Notes: generated by a model not told the origin, from the sequence alone. Shown: positions 29,735 to 44,130, counted from the stretch's first letter. The stretch: 64,000 bases of DNA from Octopus vulgaris (GCA_951406725.2 OX597820.1:5704001-5768000), one strand, 5' to 3'. Numbers and translations: made by a program.

Positions 29735-29979
29735 ACTCTTTTATTCTTTTACTTGTTTCAGTCATTTGACTGCAGTCATGCTGGAGCACCTCCTTTAGTC
29801 GAGCAAATCGACCCCAGGACTTATTCTTTGTAAGCTTAGTACTTATTTTTTCGGCCCATTTAGCCGAACCGCTAAGTTACGGGGACGTAAACACACCAGC
29901 ATTCGTTGTCAAGCGATATTGGGGGAGAAATACAGACACACAAACATACACACACGCACGCACACACACACATATATAT

Positions 29980-30030
<51 letters not shown>

Positions 30031-30156
30031 ACGGGTTTCTTTAAGTTTCCGTCTATCAAATCCACTCACAAGACACTTGCTCAAGTTGCCACGCAGTGAG
30101 ACTGAACCCGGAACCATGTGGTTGGGAAGCAAGTTTCTTACCACACAGCCACTCCC
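29735..30156 (-). mobile_element. SINE family B, near full length, with internal (TA)n/(CA)n
   Basis: Tail actcttttattcttttacttgtttcagtc, internal microsatellite, head accacacagccactcc. Confidence 0.88.
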
Positions 30157-30365
30157 ATATATATATATAGATATATATACAATTTTTTTACTGAAATAAG
30201 TCAGAAACCATGGTCTAGGAACTAAATTAGATGGTAAATGTTTTTAATTTTCTTTCCCTTCGTGAATTTATCCCTAGTTAGTGACTTGAGTTGTTCACTG
30301 CTTTTTCTAGCGCAAGGCTTTCCTACGATGGAAGCCTCTTAATGTGCTTTAACGTACACGATATT

Positions 30366-30396
<31 letters not shown>

Positions 30397-30425
30397 TGAA
30401 TTGATATATCGGTTCCATTCTAGCA

Positions 30426-30472
30426 AAAACTGTCTGATGAACGGCAACGAGAAACTCAGAGTAACAGATTTT
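30426..30472 (+). ncRNA. Canonical minimal type-I hammerhead ribozyme in a ~105-bp insert between (TA)n tracts
   Basis: ctgt CTGATGA a cg gcaa cg a GAAAC tcaga GTA acag; all core nucleotides intact. Confidence 0.85.
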
Positions 30473-30499
30473 GTTGAATTTTCTGCTGCTTCAAATAAA

Positions 30500-30596
<97 letters not shown>

Positions 30597-31429
30597 TATA
30601 CATACATACATATATGTGCATAAATATATATATATACCAGCATCTGACCATTCCTGGATAGACATTTAAACTGATGGTGTCCTTCTATGGTCACTTATGA
30701 CAGTAACTGGTCACTAATCTTCAAAAGTCATCATCAGAAATAAAAGCCTTTGTCGTCATCGTTGTCAACAGCGTGACAAGATGGCTGCGACATCGTAATT
30801 GATTTCAGTAAACGAATAAGCCAGTTGTACAGTTGTAACAATATCAGCGAAAGGTCAACCATAACTGCAGATGTTTCTAGTGTTGAGTTGATGCAGTCTT
30901 CTATATTTCCCTCCAATTATTTCTTTTAACACCTTTGAAACATTAACATATTTTCAAAATTAACATTTGTAATACACACTGCACACTTCATTTGTGCATA
31001 TATTTCGAGTATCACTTCAAACAAAATACCTGGCTAATTTCATTAAACAGAAATATTATATAAACAAACGACCGTGCATTTATACACGTATCCACACATG
31101 AGCAGAGAGAGAGAGAGAGAGAAAAAAGAAAGAGAATCTCTAGCATGTAAGTGTTCATATGTGTGTGCGTGTGTATATATATATATAAACATTTGCATAT
31201 GCATAAATGCATGTATTCTTCTGTATGTCTATCTGCTTATTTGTGTGTGTGAGGAGGGGTGAAAAATAAATAAAAGCATTGCATATGCTTAAAGGAAGCG
31301 AACATGTGTGTGTGCGCGTGTGTGTGTGCGCGCGTGTGTGTGTGTGTGTGTATGCATACATACCAACACTCGCGCGCAAACACACACAAATTGTTGGGAA
31401 CATATGCAGCAAGAAATCATATGTTTACG

Positions 31430-31502
<73 letters not shown>

Positions 31503-31507
31503 ATATC

Positions 31508-31551
<44 letters not shown>

Positions 31552-31774
31552 CACACACACACATATATACACTCCCACTCTCTCATTCACACACACACTT
31601 GCAAAAATGCATCACTTTGAACACACCTTAACACACAGCCTTACATGAATACACCTGCATAGATGCTGCGACCAAGGTGCAAATAGAAATGAGATTTAGA
31701 AAAAAAATAATAAAGATAACAGCAACAACACAAACAAAAACATCAACTACAACAACAATAACAACAACAATATT

Positions 31775-32105
31775 TCTTTCTATTCTAAAGCATAAAACTT
31801 GAAATTTGCAGCGATGGAGTTATTCGATCCCGGGACCCGAGTGTTCGACTGATGCTTATTTTACATGACCCCGAATAGATGAATGTCAAAGTCGAACTCG
31901 GCGGAATATGACCCCAGATCGTTTAGCATTTTGTGCGGCATGCTAAGGATACCGCCCGCACATTGCATTTTCTATAATAATAATCATTTCTACTCTAGGC
32001 ACAAGGCCTAAAATTTTGCGGGGAGGGCGCCAGTCGATTAGATCGGCCCCAGTACGTCAGTTGCCCTTAATTTATCAACCCCGAAAGGACGAAAAACAAA
32101 GCGGA
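31775..32105 (-). mobile_element. Two degenerate SINE family A copies
   Basis: gaccccgaa...aaagtcga..tcggcggaat motifs. Confidence 0.65.
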
Positions 32106-32131
32106 ATTTATTTTCTATAATAATAATAATA

Positions 32132-32451
32132 ACTAGCGAGACCCGTGAATATTTCACGGAATTAATGTTAAACTTATTGGGTTATTTCTGAAAGATTTAT
32201 TTTTAAAAAACCCTGAAAGCGTAACGTGTGTTGTGTCCGTAGCAAAAGGGAATCGCTCATCTGCAAATCATTGCAAAGTGAAAGTTATTGGAATACGATG
32301 ATTACTCAATGCAGTTTATATATACATTTATTATTTACTCAATGCACAATTTTATAGACTTAATTCACAGCAGTCATGAAATAAATATTCACACTTATTT
32401 TCCCCTTTTTCCATAAAAAAACCCCAAAATATCCTATATGTATATGATAGA
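32132..32451 (-). mobile_element. Probable non-autonomous Helitron
   Basis: ACTAG followed by hairpin CCGTGAATATTTCACGG (3' end on minus strand); the hairpin is repeated at 32491; 5' end uncertain. Confidence 0.5.
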
Positions 32452-33173
32452 ATTTTTCGTTAAATTGCATATATCTGCCACGTAAACAAGCGTGAATATT
32501 TCACGAAATTGTATTTATGCGCATGCGTGAAGTGATAGGCGACATACAATTTTGTTCACTCAAAAAATACATTTTTTACTATCCAATCACCACCACCACC
32601 ACCTCCGCCACCACTACTGCCTTCATCTCCGTTATCACCACGACCATCATCTCTTTCTCCCTCTTCTCTCTCCTCTCTCCCTCTTTTCTCTCTCTTTCTG
32701 TCTCTCTCCCTCTTTTCTCTCTCTCTCTTTCTCTCCCTCCTCTCTCTCTCCGCCTCTATTTAACCTCAACATCAGAACATCACCCCTCTGCTAAAATTAT
32801 ATTTTAAACTCTCTTCCTCCACCTTCAACTAACTTTTTTAACTACGTAATTAATATCGCGTTCCCCCAACCACATGTCATGGATGCTTCTATCTCCCTTT
32901 TTTCTCTCTCTGTCTTTTCTCTCTTTCTTTGTTTCTCCCTCTTTCAAGTTCACTCTTCACCTTATCCTCTTTCTCTCTCTCTCTCTCATTTTTCTTTCTC
33001 CTCTCTTTCCCTTCACTAATCACTTGAAAGCGTTACAATTACGTTCCCTCTACCTCGCTTCCCTCACTGTCTTTTTCTCTCTTTCCCTCTTTTCCTGCTC
33101 CATCATCTCTCTAATCACGTGAAAGCGTCACCGACGGGCCAAGTAACGCAATGACAAGCAGAATTATTATAAG

Positions 33174-33645
<472 letters not shown>

Positions 33646-34273
33646 CAACACAACAAGAATAATAATAGTAAGCAAGAGTATTTTAATATTTCATAGGGTT
33701 TAGATTTTAGGTGAGGGATCCAATACTAAAGCCTACTCCTTATATAAATTTTCCTTTAAAATATTTCTTCCGAGGTGCATAAGACCAAATAGATAGATGC
33801 AATCGTGTAACGGAATGGCAGTTCCAAATAATTGTATCGAAAGGGATTCTACAAAATGCGGTGACGGATGAAATCCACCACACTACAAACTTAATGGTGC
33901 CAAAGGTCAGATGTTTAAAAGACCAAATCCGCCGCACAGCAATATTAAAGTTCTCTCCAACGGACTTTAAGCATAGTTTCTAATTTCTTTATTACCCACA
34001 AAGGGCTAAACACAGAGAGGACAAACAAGGACAAATAAAGAGATTAAGTCGATTACATCGACCCCAGTGCGTAACTGGTACTTATTTAATCATAAGGGAA
34101 AAAGAACGATCAATTTTTTCCTTTAAATTTATTTATTCATTTTATATAGAGGGCACTTTTACACATAGATGCCTCACGCTAGGAGGGACTCTTAAAGTCA
34201 AAATTACTAAAATAAATAGACACATCGTACGGAAACAATTCTCGAAGCAGGTCATTTAAAAACAGAATTTAGC

Positions 34274-34335
34274 CGCATGTCACACTGTAATTTCGTAATC
34301 AGTGCTGTTTTATGCACTTTTTACTCTTCAGTGCA
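34274..34335 (-). ncRNA. Hammerhead motif with extended stem II, cleavage triplet mutated
   Basis: tgca CTGAAGA gtaa..agtgc ataaaaca gcact..ttac GAAA ttaca g tgtga CA tgcg. Confidence 0.55.
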
Positions 34336-34611
34336 AGCATAATTCAAGATATATAATGAATAAACAAAAACAACATACCAAGCTAACAAACTATCGTATC
34401 CAACGTGGCATCTAGGAATGTTTACCCCTTACACATCTATGTAAATGGCGGGCTTTTTCGAATTGCATTTCGGTAACAACGTGCTTATTCGGAATAAAAA
34501 TTCGTTATTGAATATACTCCGGTTAAATTTACTATTTAAAAATAGGATAAGCTCTTCCTAAGAATTTATCAAGTAGTTAGCGTGAAAAACCTCATAAGGG
34601 GACAAAAATCC

Positions 34612-34652
<41 letters not shown>

Positions 34653-34932
34653 ATGAAAAAAGGGGGTCGAATTAATTAATTATTAATAAATTCGACCAAG
34701 CAGTATTCGGTATGTAAAGACCATTTACGGTATATTTGAAGTATTAATTTATAAAAATATGGTAAAGTAAAAGAATTCACTTCACCACACACCGAACTTT
34801 TCAGAAATAGCAGCCAAAAATTTGGCTATTTCTTCAACTGCAAATAAAAGTCTCCAGACAATGCATACTCAGAAAAATAACTCACATAGGAATAAGGGAA
34901 AAACAATGAAAGATCACATCCATATACGATAC

Positions 34933-34992
34933 CCGAGGACAGTCTGTTTCTGGATTTGTGGGTAAAACGCCACTTTTCCTTCATCAGCTCAG
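34933..34992 (-). ncRNA. Canonical type-I hammerhead ribozyme in a ~400-bp insert between (TA)n tracts
   Basis: ctgag CTGATGA a gga..gtgg cgttttac ccac..tcc a GAAAC agact GTC ctcgg. Confidence 0.85.
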
Positions 34993-35047
34993 AGATTTCT
35001 TCCGATTTAGATTTGAAAATACTAAGAATCAAACATACCCGTCCGAT

Positions 35048-35084
<37 letters not shown>

Positions 35085-35366
35085 TATTTTTAGAGATAGA
35101 ATTATCTCTGTATATAGATCACATCGAAGCGCTTAGGGTGACTGAGCTATATTTGTATGCGTGCATCTATGCATGACAAGCGTCTTTCGGTTTCCGCCTA
35201 TCAAATCCACTCACAAGGCTTTGGTCTGCTTCAGAATAGAGCAGAAGACACATAGGTTGCCACGCAGTGGGACTGAACGTGGAATCATGCGGTTGAGAAG
35301 CAAGCTTCTTACCACACAACCACACCAGCGTCTCTCTCTTTCTCTCTCACTCTCTCCATTTCTCTG

Positions 35367-35436
<70 letters not shown>

Positions 35437-35457
35437 AATCTATCTATCTATCTATCA

Positions 35458-35618
<161 letters not shown>

Positions 35619-35687
35619 TAGATATATATGCGTTTAGAAAGATATAGATATGCATAGATACATACATGAATATACATATATATACAC

Positions 35688-35763
<76 letters not shown>

Positions 35764-36003
35764 GTAGACACACATGTAGACACACACTCACACACACAAG
35801 TAGAAACACACACACATATGTAAATATGTATGAAATGAATGCATGTATGTATTTATTTACATAGACATTGTCAACCATTCAGCTATAGAAATTTAAACAC
35901 AGTTAAGTACATTCTTATGTAAGAAAACATACATGAGAGACCTCTGCTTACTTTAGCATATACACCCATATGCGTATGCGTGCGTGTGTGTGTATGTGTG
36001 TGT

Positions 36004-36039
<36 letters not shown>

Positions 36040-36873
36040 ATTGGGATATATGATCTCTGCTCGGTCAGGTGTGCTATTTTTGCATCTGACGAGCAGGAAA
36101 TCATAAAATAACAAGATCAACAACTGAGCGTTGTTAAAAATGGCCTCTTCTCATATGTAAAAAGGAGGAATGAAATGGCGTAGAGCAGAAAGCGGAGCTT
36201 GATGATACGAAATGAAGAGAGGTTTCAGAAAAGAAAGGCTAAGGCGCAAACGACTAAACATGTCTGGAAGAGTTCTGTGAAAGGAAATCTCTGCAAACAA
36301 GACATGCTGTTGGAGGCTTAAAATTCTTCTTATTACTGTTTACTTTCGATCAATTTGCATAATTCTGATGTTTTCTCAAGAGTCGTAGAGATGTGATATA
36401 CACTTTTTTCTTGTGTTTTCTTTGGTTATTTTAGCAACTTATCGCATACAGAGAGTTTTCGTTTGAAGTCTTATCGACGTCTCTCTGCCACTATTTCCTC
36501 ATTCTAGCTAATATTGCTTTATTTCTTTGTTCTTTTCTTTCCTTTTTATATTTTCTTCTTCCACCCCCTTGCCCGCTCTCATTCTCTCTCTTTTTCTCTC
36601 TCTCTGTTTCTCTATTTATCTGTTTTAATTCACCGTTTCTCTCTCTCTCTCTCTCTCTTTCACCCTTTCTCTCTCTCTCTCCCTCTCTACCTCTCTTGCA
36701 TTTTGTCCGTCTCAGAAAACATTCTATAAGAGATATACGCCATTTTTAAGAGCTTGGCGGATGTAAGTGGATATTGCACACTTCGTGTATACTTCTACTT
36801 CGAAGATATACTCTTATCTTTCTCACTCTCTCTCTCTCTCTCCTTCTCTCTTTCTCTGTGTGTATATATATAT

Positions 36874-36913
<40 letters not shown>

Positions 36914-37375
36914 GCGTGTGTATGTAATCCATCTACTTCTGTGTCTCACACACTCTCTTACGTTCCTTCCCCGATCTTTCCTTCCCCCTTTCTCTTCCAC
37001 ACCAAACTCTGTTTCATCATTTCCCCCATTAACATATCAAATACACCCATCGCCAATATGAGGCCCTCAATTATCCTATTTGGGTTTCATATACACCTAT
37101 CTATAATGTCATTTTTAGTTATTTTTCCTATTTGTTTTGAAAATATTTATCTAAAAGCTGCGGTTTCCAATCACTCGGCTCAATGTCAGACATTGCATAA
37201 TCTTGAGGAAATATGGCGGGACAGAGATTCTTTGCTGTTGCTGGTATTTAGCATCATGTCATGCCTGATTGTGTATTGGGTATAAGAACGATGATCAAAG
37301 GCGTTCTAGCCATGACCAACACCTAATATTTTTGAACAGATATTGTATCTACGCCTAGACTGAAACTATGCTTCA

Positions 37376-37770
37376 AGGCGGTGAGCTGGCAGAAACGTTA
37401 GCACGCCGGGCGAAATGCTTTGCGGTATTTCGTCTGCCGCTACGTTCTGAGTTCAAATTCCGCCGAGGTCGACTTTGCCTTTCATCCTTTCGGGATCGAT
37501 TAAATAAGTACCAGTTACGCACTGGGGTCAATATAATCGACTAAATCTGTTTGTCTGTCCTTGTTTGTCTTCTCTGTGTCTAGCCCCTTGTGGGTAGTAA
37601 AGAAATAGGTATTTCGTCTGCCGTTACGTTCTGAGTTCAAATTCCGCCGAGGTCGACTTTGCCTTTCAACCCTTCGGGGTCGATGAATTTAGTACTAGTT
37701 CCGTATTGGAGACGATCTAATCGACTGCCCCTCTCCCCAAAAATTTCAGGCCTTTTGCCGAGAGTAGAAA
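37376..37770 (+). mobile_element. SINE family A dimer
   Basis: Full copy followed by an internal restart at ggtatttcgtctgccg (about 37608). Confidence 0.9.
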
Positions 37771-37775
37771 AGATA

Positions 37776-37834
<59 letters not shown>

Positions 37835-37839
37835 TGACT

Positions 37840-37877
<38 letters not shown>

Positions 37878-37927
37878 TTAAAAATAGGATAAACTCTTCA
37901 TGAGAATTTATCAAGGGAAAAAGAACG

Positions 37928-38325
37928 ACCCCAGTGAGTAACTGGTACTTATTTAATCGACCCCGAAAGGATGAAAGGCAAAGTCGACCTCGGCGGAATT
38001 TGAACTCAGAACGTAGCGGCAGACGAAATACTGCTAAGCTTTTCGCCCGGCGTGCTATCGATTCTGCCAGCTCGCTGCCTTTGACGAAATACCTATTTCT
38101 TTAGCTCCCACAAGGGGCTAAACACAGAGACCACAAACAAGGACAGACAAACGGATTAAGTCGATTATATCGACTCCAGTGCGTAACTGGTAGTTATTTA
38201 ATCGACTCCGAAAGGAAGAAAGGCAAAGTCGATCTCGGCAGAATTTGAACTCAGAACGTAGCGGCAGACGAAATACCGCTCAGCATTTCGCCCGGCGTGC
38301 TAACGATTCTGCCAGCTCACTGCTC
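37928..38325 (-). mobile_element. Two tandem SINE family A copies
   Basis: Reverse complement of the family consensus, twice. Confidence 0.9.
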
Positions 38326-38339
38326 TCATATATATATGT

Positions 38340-39060
38340 ACATCAGTTGAAGAAAGTTGAAAACGTGGTTTTCACGTTTTTATTATTTATTAAAAAAAAA
38401 CATTTTTTGCAATGTTGAAGTATGTTGAACTTTAAAAAATATTTTGTAATGTTCACAAATTTCAATTAGCGCTTTCATAGGTAATCATCAGATTTCAAAA
38501 TGTATTTAACTGACAGTTGAGTCCTTGACAAATGTAGTGAAATGATTGACTTGTTCCTTTTTATACTTTTTAGAAGGCTCCAGCAAGATGAATTTTTCGA
38601 ATACGGTTGTAACCAATCAGCATGCAGTTTAAACGCCACTGTTTGCCGGGCGCACCCATATTATTTTAACCAATTAGCTTGCGGTTTACATGTAATGGTT
38701 TTATGAGTGAGACTTATTTGGTTTCCATCGTTTTTTATTTCAATCAGTGAGAATCTTCTGTAATTGGTTTATATTCATTTGTTGAAGATATTTTTTAATT
38801 CACATCATTAACTGGTTGTTTATTATTGTTATTCCCGTTCAGGACAGGTTCGAACATTTTAATAAAACCTTTTTCTTTTCTTTTTCTCACAACCTCACTT
38901 GTGTCATGTAGTTTGTGGAAAGGAAATATTAGAAACATTTTCTGGTCACATGTTTCTATATGTTCGCTCAATGACTTAACTGTTTCCCCATAACTGTTAC
39001 AGGTATATAGGTGTAGATGAGATCATATCTTACAATGGCACCAGTAACATAACACGTGTC
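38340..39060 (-). mobile_element. Penelope-like element 3' fragment (GIY-YIG remnant and UTR)
   Basis: DLIY...GET..SEHIETC..FLIFPFHKL..RKRKE on the minus strand, similar to the 19.2-kb fragment. Confidence 0.7.
38464..38494 (-). ncRNA. Very short hammerhead ribozyme motif
   Basis: aat CTGATGA ttacctat GAAA gcgc TA att; palindromic stem III; lies downstream of the GIY-YIG remnant in the same orientation. Confidence 0.75.
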
Positions 39061-39644
39061 ACAAAAGAACATTACAGCAGATTAATAAAATTTGAACTTC
39101 AGAACTTTCTGCATTCAATAAAACAGTGGTCCACGATGTATTTGCTGTGCCACGCATACCAACATTTGGGCTGCTTGATTGGACGCTTGATGAAATCCGA
39201 GCCATTCATGTGAAAACCCCAAAAATACTTACAAGCACAAATAACTTCCACAGTGACGTAGACCGCCTCTACCTAAAATGAAAACAAGGCAGAGGCTTAA
39301 CATAGATCCATACTGCCTTTGAATGTCGTATCATGTCTCTTCAGCAAGTGTCGAAGTGAATCCCTTGACCGAAATTGCATAAATGAGGTTGATAACATCA
39401 TAAAACTTGGAAGGCAGCTCCTTGAGCAACATTCTTAGTCTAATAACTCTAGATGAAAGGATGAGCGTATATCAGCAGAAGACCCTGCGTGTATATGTTA
39501 GTAAAAAACTCCGAGATGATATTAATATTGATGATCAAAGCAGTCTATCATGGACCAACAATCGGATTACTACCTCCCACTTTGAAGGATATTCTTTTGC
39601 ATTACAAGAACAGAGAATATCAACCAAATAACTGATGCACATCA

Positions 39645-40459
39645 TCATCATTGTTCGACCGTGGTCGAGACAATGGAATTTACTATGTTACACCAGACCT
39701 CACGGTCCATCAGAGCATTACGGAGGTCCTGTTGCTGGATGCCTGTATTCCTGGAGATTACATCAGGGTAGGGGAGTGTGCGCCCTCTGGCATCGCGTGC
39801 AGATGGCTTCCAGAGGAGAAGAATAGAAATTGCCTCGTTTTCAGCTCTACAACAATGTCCAGCAAACTGGACTCTTCTACCTTTCACAAGAGATGACACA
39901 GGTGGCAGTTTCCCATATATTTGTACTTTGGTTGGATGACGCTTCGTTCTCGGGGTTATACTTTCGACGGATCCCGTTATACAGTGTCACAGCTATATCA
40001 TGTCTCATCAGTAGATAATATCGTGAAGACATTTTCGCACAAATGAATGGTTGTCACGTTTTGATGCTTTTTCTGCATCTCTGTCCCTTTTGTGCAATGA
40101 TATGCATAAGATCTGGTCATGAAATCTAAGTAGAGATTTCAAACTTAAAATCTTTTCAAAGGCACAGTCGAACCAATTCTTCTATATGGCTCAGAAACCT
40201 AGACGTTATCAAAGAAGCTTGAGAGGCGGTTGGATGGAACTTACACTCGCCTCCTTATGAGATCGCAAAATCTCTCGTGGAAGTGTCATCCAACCATTTT
40301 GTGATCTCATAAGGAGGCGAGTGTAAGTTCCATCCAACCGCCTCTCAAGCTTCTTTGATAACGTCTAGGTTTCTGAGCCATATAGAAGAATTGGTTCGAC
40401 TGTGCCTTTGAAAAGATTTTAAGTTTGAAATCTCTACTTAGATTTCATGACCAGATCTT
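39645..40459 (-). mobile_element. RTE-clade LINE 3' fragment with TSD
   Basis: EPILLYGSET..LDGTYTRLL and RRVQFAGHC.R...MDREVW; (TGA)n tail; TSD ATGCACATCA (39635) / ATGCATATCA (40460). Confidence 0.88.
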
Positions 40460-40625
40460 ATGCATATCATTGCACAAAAGGGACAGAGATGCAGAAAAAG
40501 CATCAAAACGTGACAACCAATCATTTGTGCGAAAATGTCTTCACGATATTATCTACTGATGAGACATGATATAGCTGTGACACTGTATAACGGGATCCGT
40601 CGAAAGTATAACCCCGAGAACGAAG
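39942..40625. repeat. 330-bp near-perfect inverted repeat with a 24-nt spacer
   Basis: 39942-40271 is the reverse complement of 40296-40625; 2 mismatches seen. Confidence 0.95.
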
Positions 40626-41334
40626 GAATAAGAACCCACTGTATGGTAGAAGCCATAGCCACCCATAATAAAAAGGAATATCGGTGGAATGTCCTAGTGA
40701 AAACCTCAATGAAATGTAAACACAATAGACCTGATATAATGATTTGGGGGAAGAGAAATTGCGTTTAGTTGTGGAAATCAGTTTCCCAGCAGATGTTATT
40801 ACGAAATTTGCAGTTAGTCAATCCATATAACAATTTCAGGTTTATGCCTGTAATTATTAAGCCTCTGGGATATGTAATAAACTGCCTGAATATCAATTTT
40901 GAGAAATTAGGCCTCTCAAAACCAGGGAGGAGAAAGCTAATTCGAAGACTAGAGATCTAATCTATCACTGGAACTGTAAAAATCTCTAATACTTTCCTGG
41001 AGTTTATCATTTAAGTATATATGAGCGTGACTAGGTGTGCAACTATATGCATGGGAGTACATACATAATACAAAACATACAGATCTGCACGTACACATAC
41101 ATGCAAAAACACCCTGTTGAAATTCCAGTGAAGGAGCCTTGGATCTAGGTTAGAAACCAACTCTTTCTCTATTGGCAAGAAATTTTGAAATAAAGCTGAA
41201 TAATGACATACATACATATACATACACACATACATAGATACATACATACATACATACATACATACATACATACATACATACATACATACTTACATACATA
41301 CACACATACTTAAGTACATACTAACATACACGCG

Positions 41335-41373
<39 letters not shown>

Positions 41374-42934
41374 AAGGATGGATAGATATGTAGATAGAAA
41401 CTGCTACACATACACAGATACACGTGCGCAAATTTTGTTTTGTTCCCAGTTTCCTGACAGTATCGTCTGAAGACGGATCATGCTGGTATCCTCCACATGT
41501 TCTTGGGAATATCATCGAGCATAAATGCTGTGCTTCACAAAATTCCTTCTTATCCTCAGAAACTCTGCTTCATATACAGTTTATCAACATTTCGTCTGTA
41601 CAGCTAACCTTGTTGAGAGCATTGTGATGGTCCGTGTGTGCACATACACGCTTAATCTGGTGCCCAGATTAGAATCGCTGGGAAGAGACTGGCGGCTGTT
41701 GTCCTCGCATTCCTCAAAGGTTTTCTCTCGGTTGGCGGACCAAAGCCGCCGGCCCGCAGAAACACCCTCGAATATATGGTTTGTCGAAATCAGTTATTGG
41801 GCCCCCCCTCTTGATTTTAGGTCTGGTAGAAGGTCGAGGACTTTTGATTAAATATATCCACCCTTGTAGACAGAGAGCGCTTTTTAGCCTGTTAACGTGT
41901 CTCTCTCTACCCTCCACACACCAGGGTTACACCCTACAGCATTGTTGCTGAGAATATTTATTTACATGGTAACCAATCGTAAAGCCTTTTGTATTTTACT
42001 TAATACCTTATAACATGTAAACGTGTAGATATATATATATATATATATATATATATGGATATGTATATCTTTATGTAATTATACATACGCTCAGCAAACA
42101 CACGCTGTACATTCACATGCGCACGCATTTGTGAGACAGGTGCAACAATTGTTACACATATGCGATGTCCTTGGTACAACACCTGTCTTATATCCGCTAT
42201 CAGTAAGGTTACACCTGCCTTATACATTAATGTTTTACAGGATGCTTGAAAACTCTGCGCGATTACGTACCACGAAAACAAAGGAGAGAGTCTTCCGCAT
42301 CGTGATCACAAGACCTGCTGAAACAGACGGTCAGATACTTCCTCAAATCACGTCTGCCGCTTTAAGTTGTTCTAAATACACAGATATACAGCAATATAAC
42401 ATTTAGATTGTTTTTGATTTTAAGTCTACTCGATGAGGTCTGACCTAGGGCTAAAATTCAGATTTTCCCTGACATCACTAATCCTATTTAAAGTGTCTGC
42501 GTTGGTGAAGTTCGACTCCATAACATGTTCCGGTTTCGATCCCAATGTCCGACCTGTGTCTTGGACATTGAACGTGTTTTGTGGATGACCGACTGAACCC
42601 ATTGCATGGTCCCTTGCTGGCTCTTCAGTCTGGTCTCTAACAAGAGGTTAACCTGATATCCAGACCGAGAAGATGCCCCACCACCATTAGAAACAGCTCA
42701 TGACATGTTACCATTTCCCTATTCTTAAACTTACAGCTCAATGCATTTTTTTTGTTATTTTGAAATTTCGTTACAAATTTTTCGATGAGTAACAAAAATT
42801 ACCAGAAAATAAAAACTGAAAAAAAAAAAGAAAATAGAAAACGAGGAGGATCGTTTCATTGGCTGTTGGGGGATAAAGCATAAAAAAAAAACAGGAAACT
42901 ATATTAAGAAAAGACTAAAAATAACAATAGCTGA

Positions 42935-42977
42935 AACCACCACCGCCGCCGCCACCACCACCACCACCACCACCACC

Positions 42978-43036
<59 letters not shown>

Positions 43037-43198
43037 CACCACCACCACCGCTGCCGCCACCACCACCTCCACCACCACCACAACCAACATACTACCACCA
43101 CAACCACCTCCACCACCACCACCACAACCACCACTACCACCACAACCACATCCACCACCACCACCACCACCACCATCACCCCCCACCACCACCACCAA

Positions 43199-43231
<33 letters not shown>

Positions 43232-43753
43232 ACCACCACCACCACCACCATCACCGCCGCCGCCGCCACCACCACCATCACCACCACCACCATCACCACC
43301 ACCACTACTACTACTACCACCACCACCACCACCACCACCACCACCACCACCACACCACCACAAGCAACACTACTACTACTACTAGCATCATCGTTAAAGT
43401 TAAGACTGCCTCTACCACTCACACCACCACCATCAACGCCATCAACATAACCATGAACATTACCATCGAAACCGCTACCACCAACACCACCTCCACCGCC
43501 ACTATCGCAACCAACACCAATACCCCAACAGTAACCATTCAACCAAAACAACTACCACCCACATTATTCTCTCCATACAAACACTACCCCCCTCACCACC
43601 ACAATTTATTACCACTAATTCCCCCACCACCACAAGACACTACTACCACCACCAACACCATCACCATTACCACATCCACCACCTTTTAATACCATGATCA
43701 AGCAGCTCCACAACCTATACCATCATCATCACCACCACCAACAACAACAACAA
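42935..43753. repeat. (CAC)n/(TAC)n/(CAA)n compound low-complexity tract
   Basis: Directly visible. Confidence 0.9.
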
Positions 43754-44130
43754 GTGGAGGCGCAATGGCCCAGTCGGAGGATCGCGGTTTCGATTCCCAG
43801 ACCGAGCGTTGTGAGTGTTTATTGAGCGAAAACACCTAAAGCTCCACGAGGCTCCGACAGGGGCTGGTGGCGACCCCTGTTGTACTCTTTCGCCCCAACT
43901 TTCTCTCACTCTTTCCTCCTGTTTCTTCTCCCCGACTTCCTACGCAACAGCTGAGCCTGGATGCGCATTCATCCATCCGTCGATGCTCTCGGTGTCGGGG
44001 GTTGACCTGCTTTCTCTTCTGCGGGTCTTACGAATAGCAAAGGACCACGTTTCGGACTTCTCCCATCTTGCGAGCTCTGGGACGAAGACCGTTCGCTCAA
44101 CAACAACAGCCACAGCAACAACAACAACAA
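43754..44130 (+). mobile_element. SINE family C (tRNA-derived head, CAA tail), head partly deleted
   Basis: High identity to 57453-57857; (CAA)n on both sides. Confidence 0.88.

Larger units (their letters stand above)
39061..41206 (+). mobile_element. Decayed R4-clade retrotransposon of a second family, interrupted by an RTE and ending in (CATA)n
   Basis: SELSAFNK..FAVP..FGLLDWT, SDVDRLYL..GRGL, SHFEGYSFALQEQ, RHD, HNRPDIMIW, VEIS.PAD, FMPVII; 3' end ...gaataatga + (CATA)n. Confidence 0.85.

Noticed and set aside
41445-41565. Hammerhead candidates (CTGAAGA on plus, CTGAGGA on minus)
   Set aside because: The GAAA and stem III are not convincing on either strand.
42899-43551. Gly/Val-rich structural protein ORFs
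   Set aside because: The tract is a pure CAC/TAC triplet expansion with no third-position variation or splice evidence.
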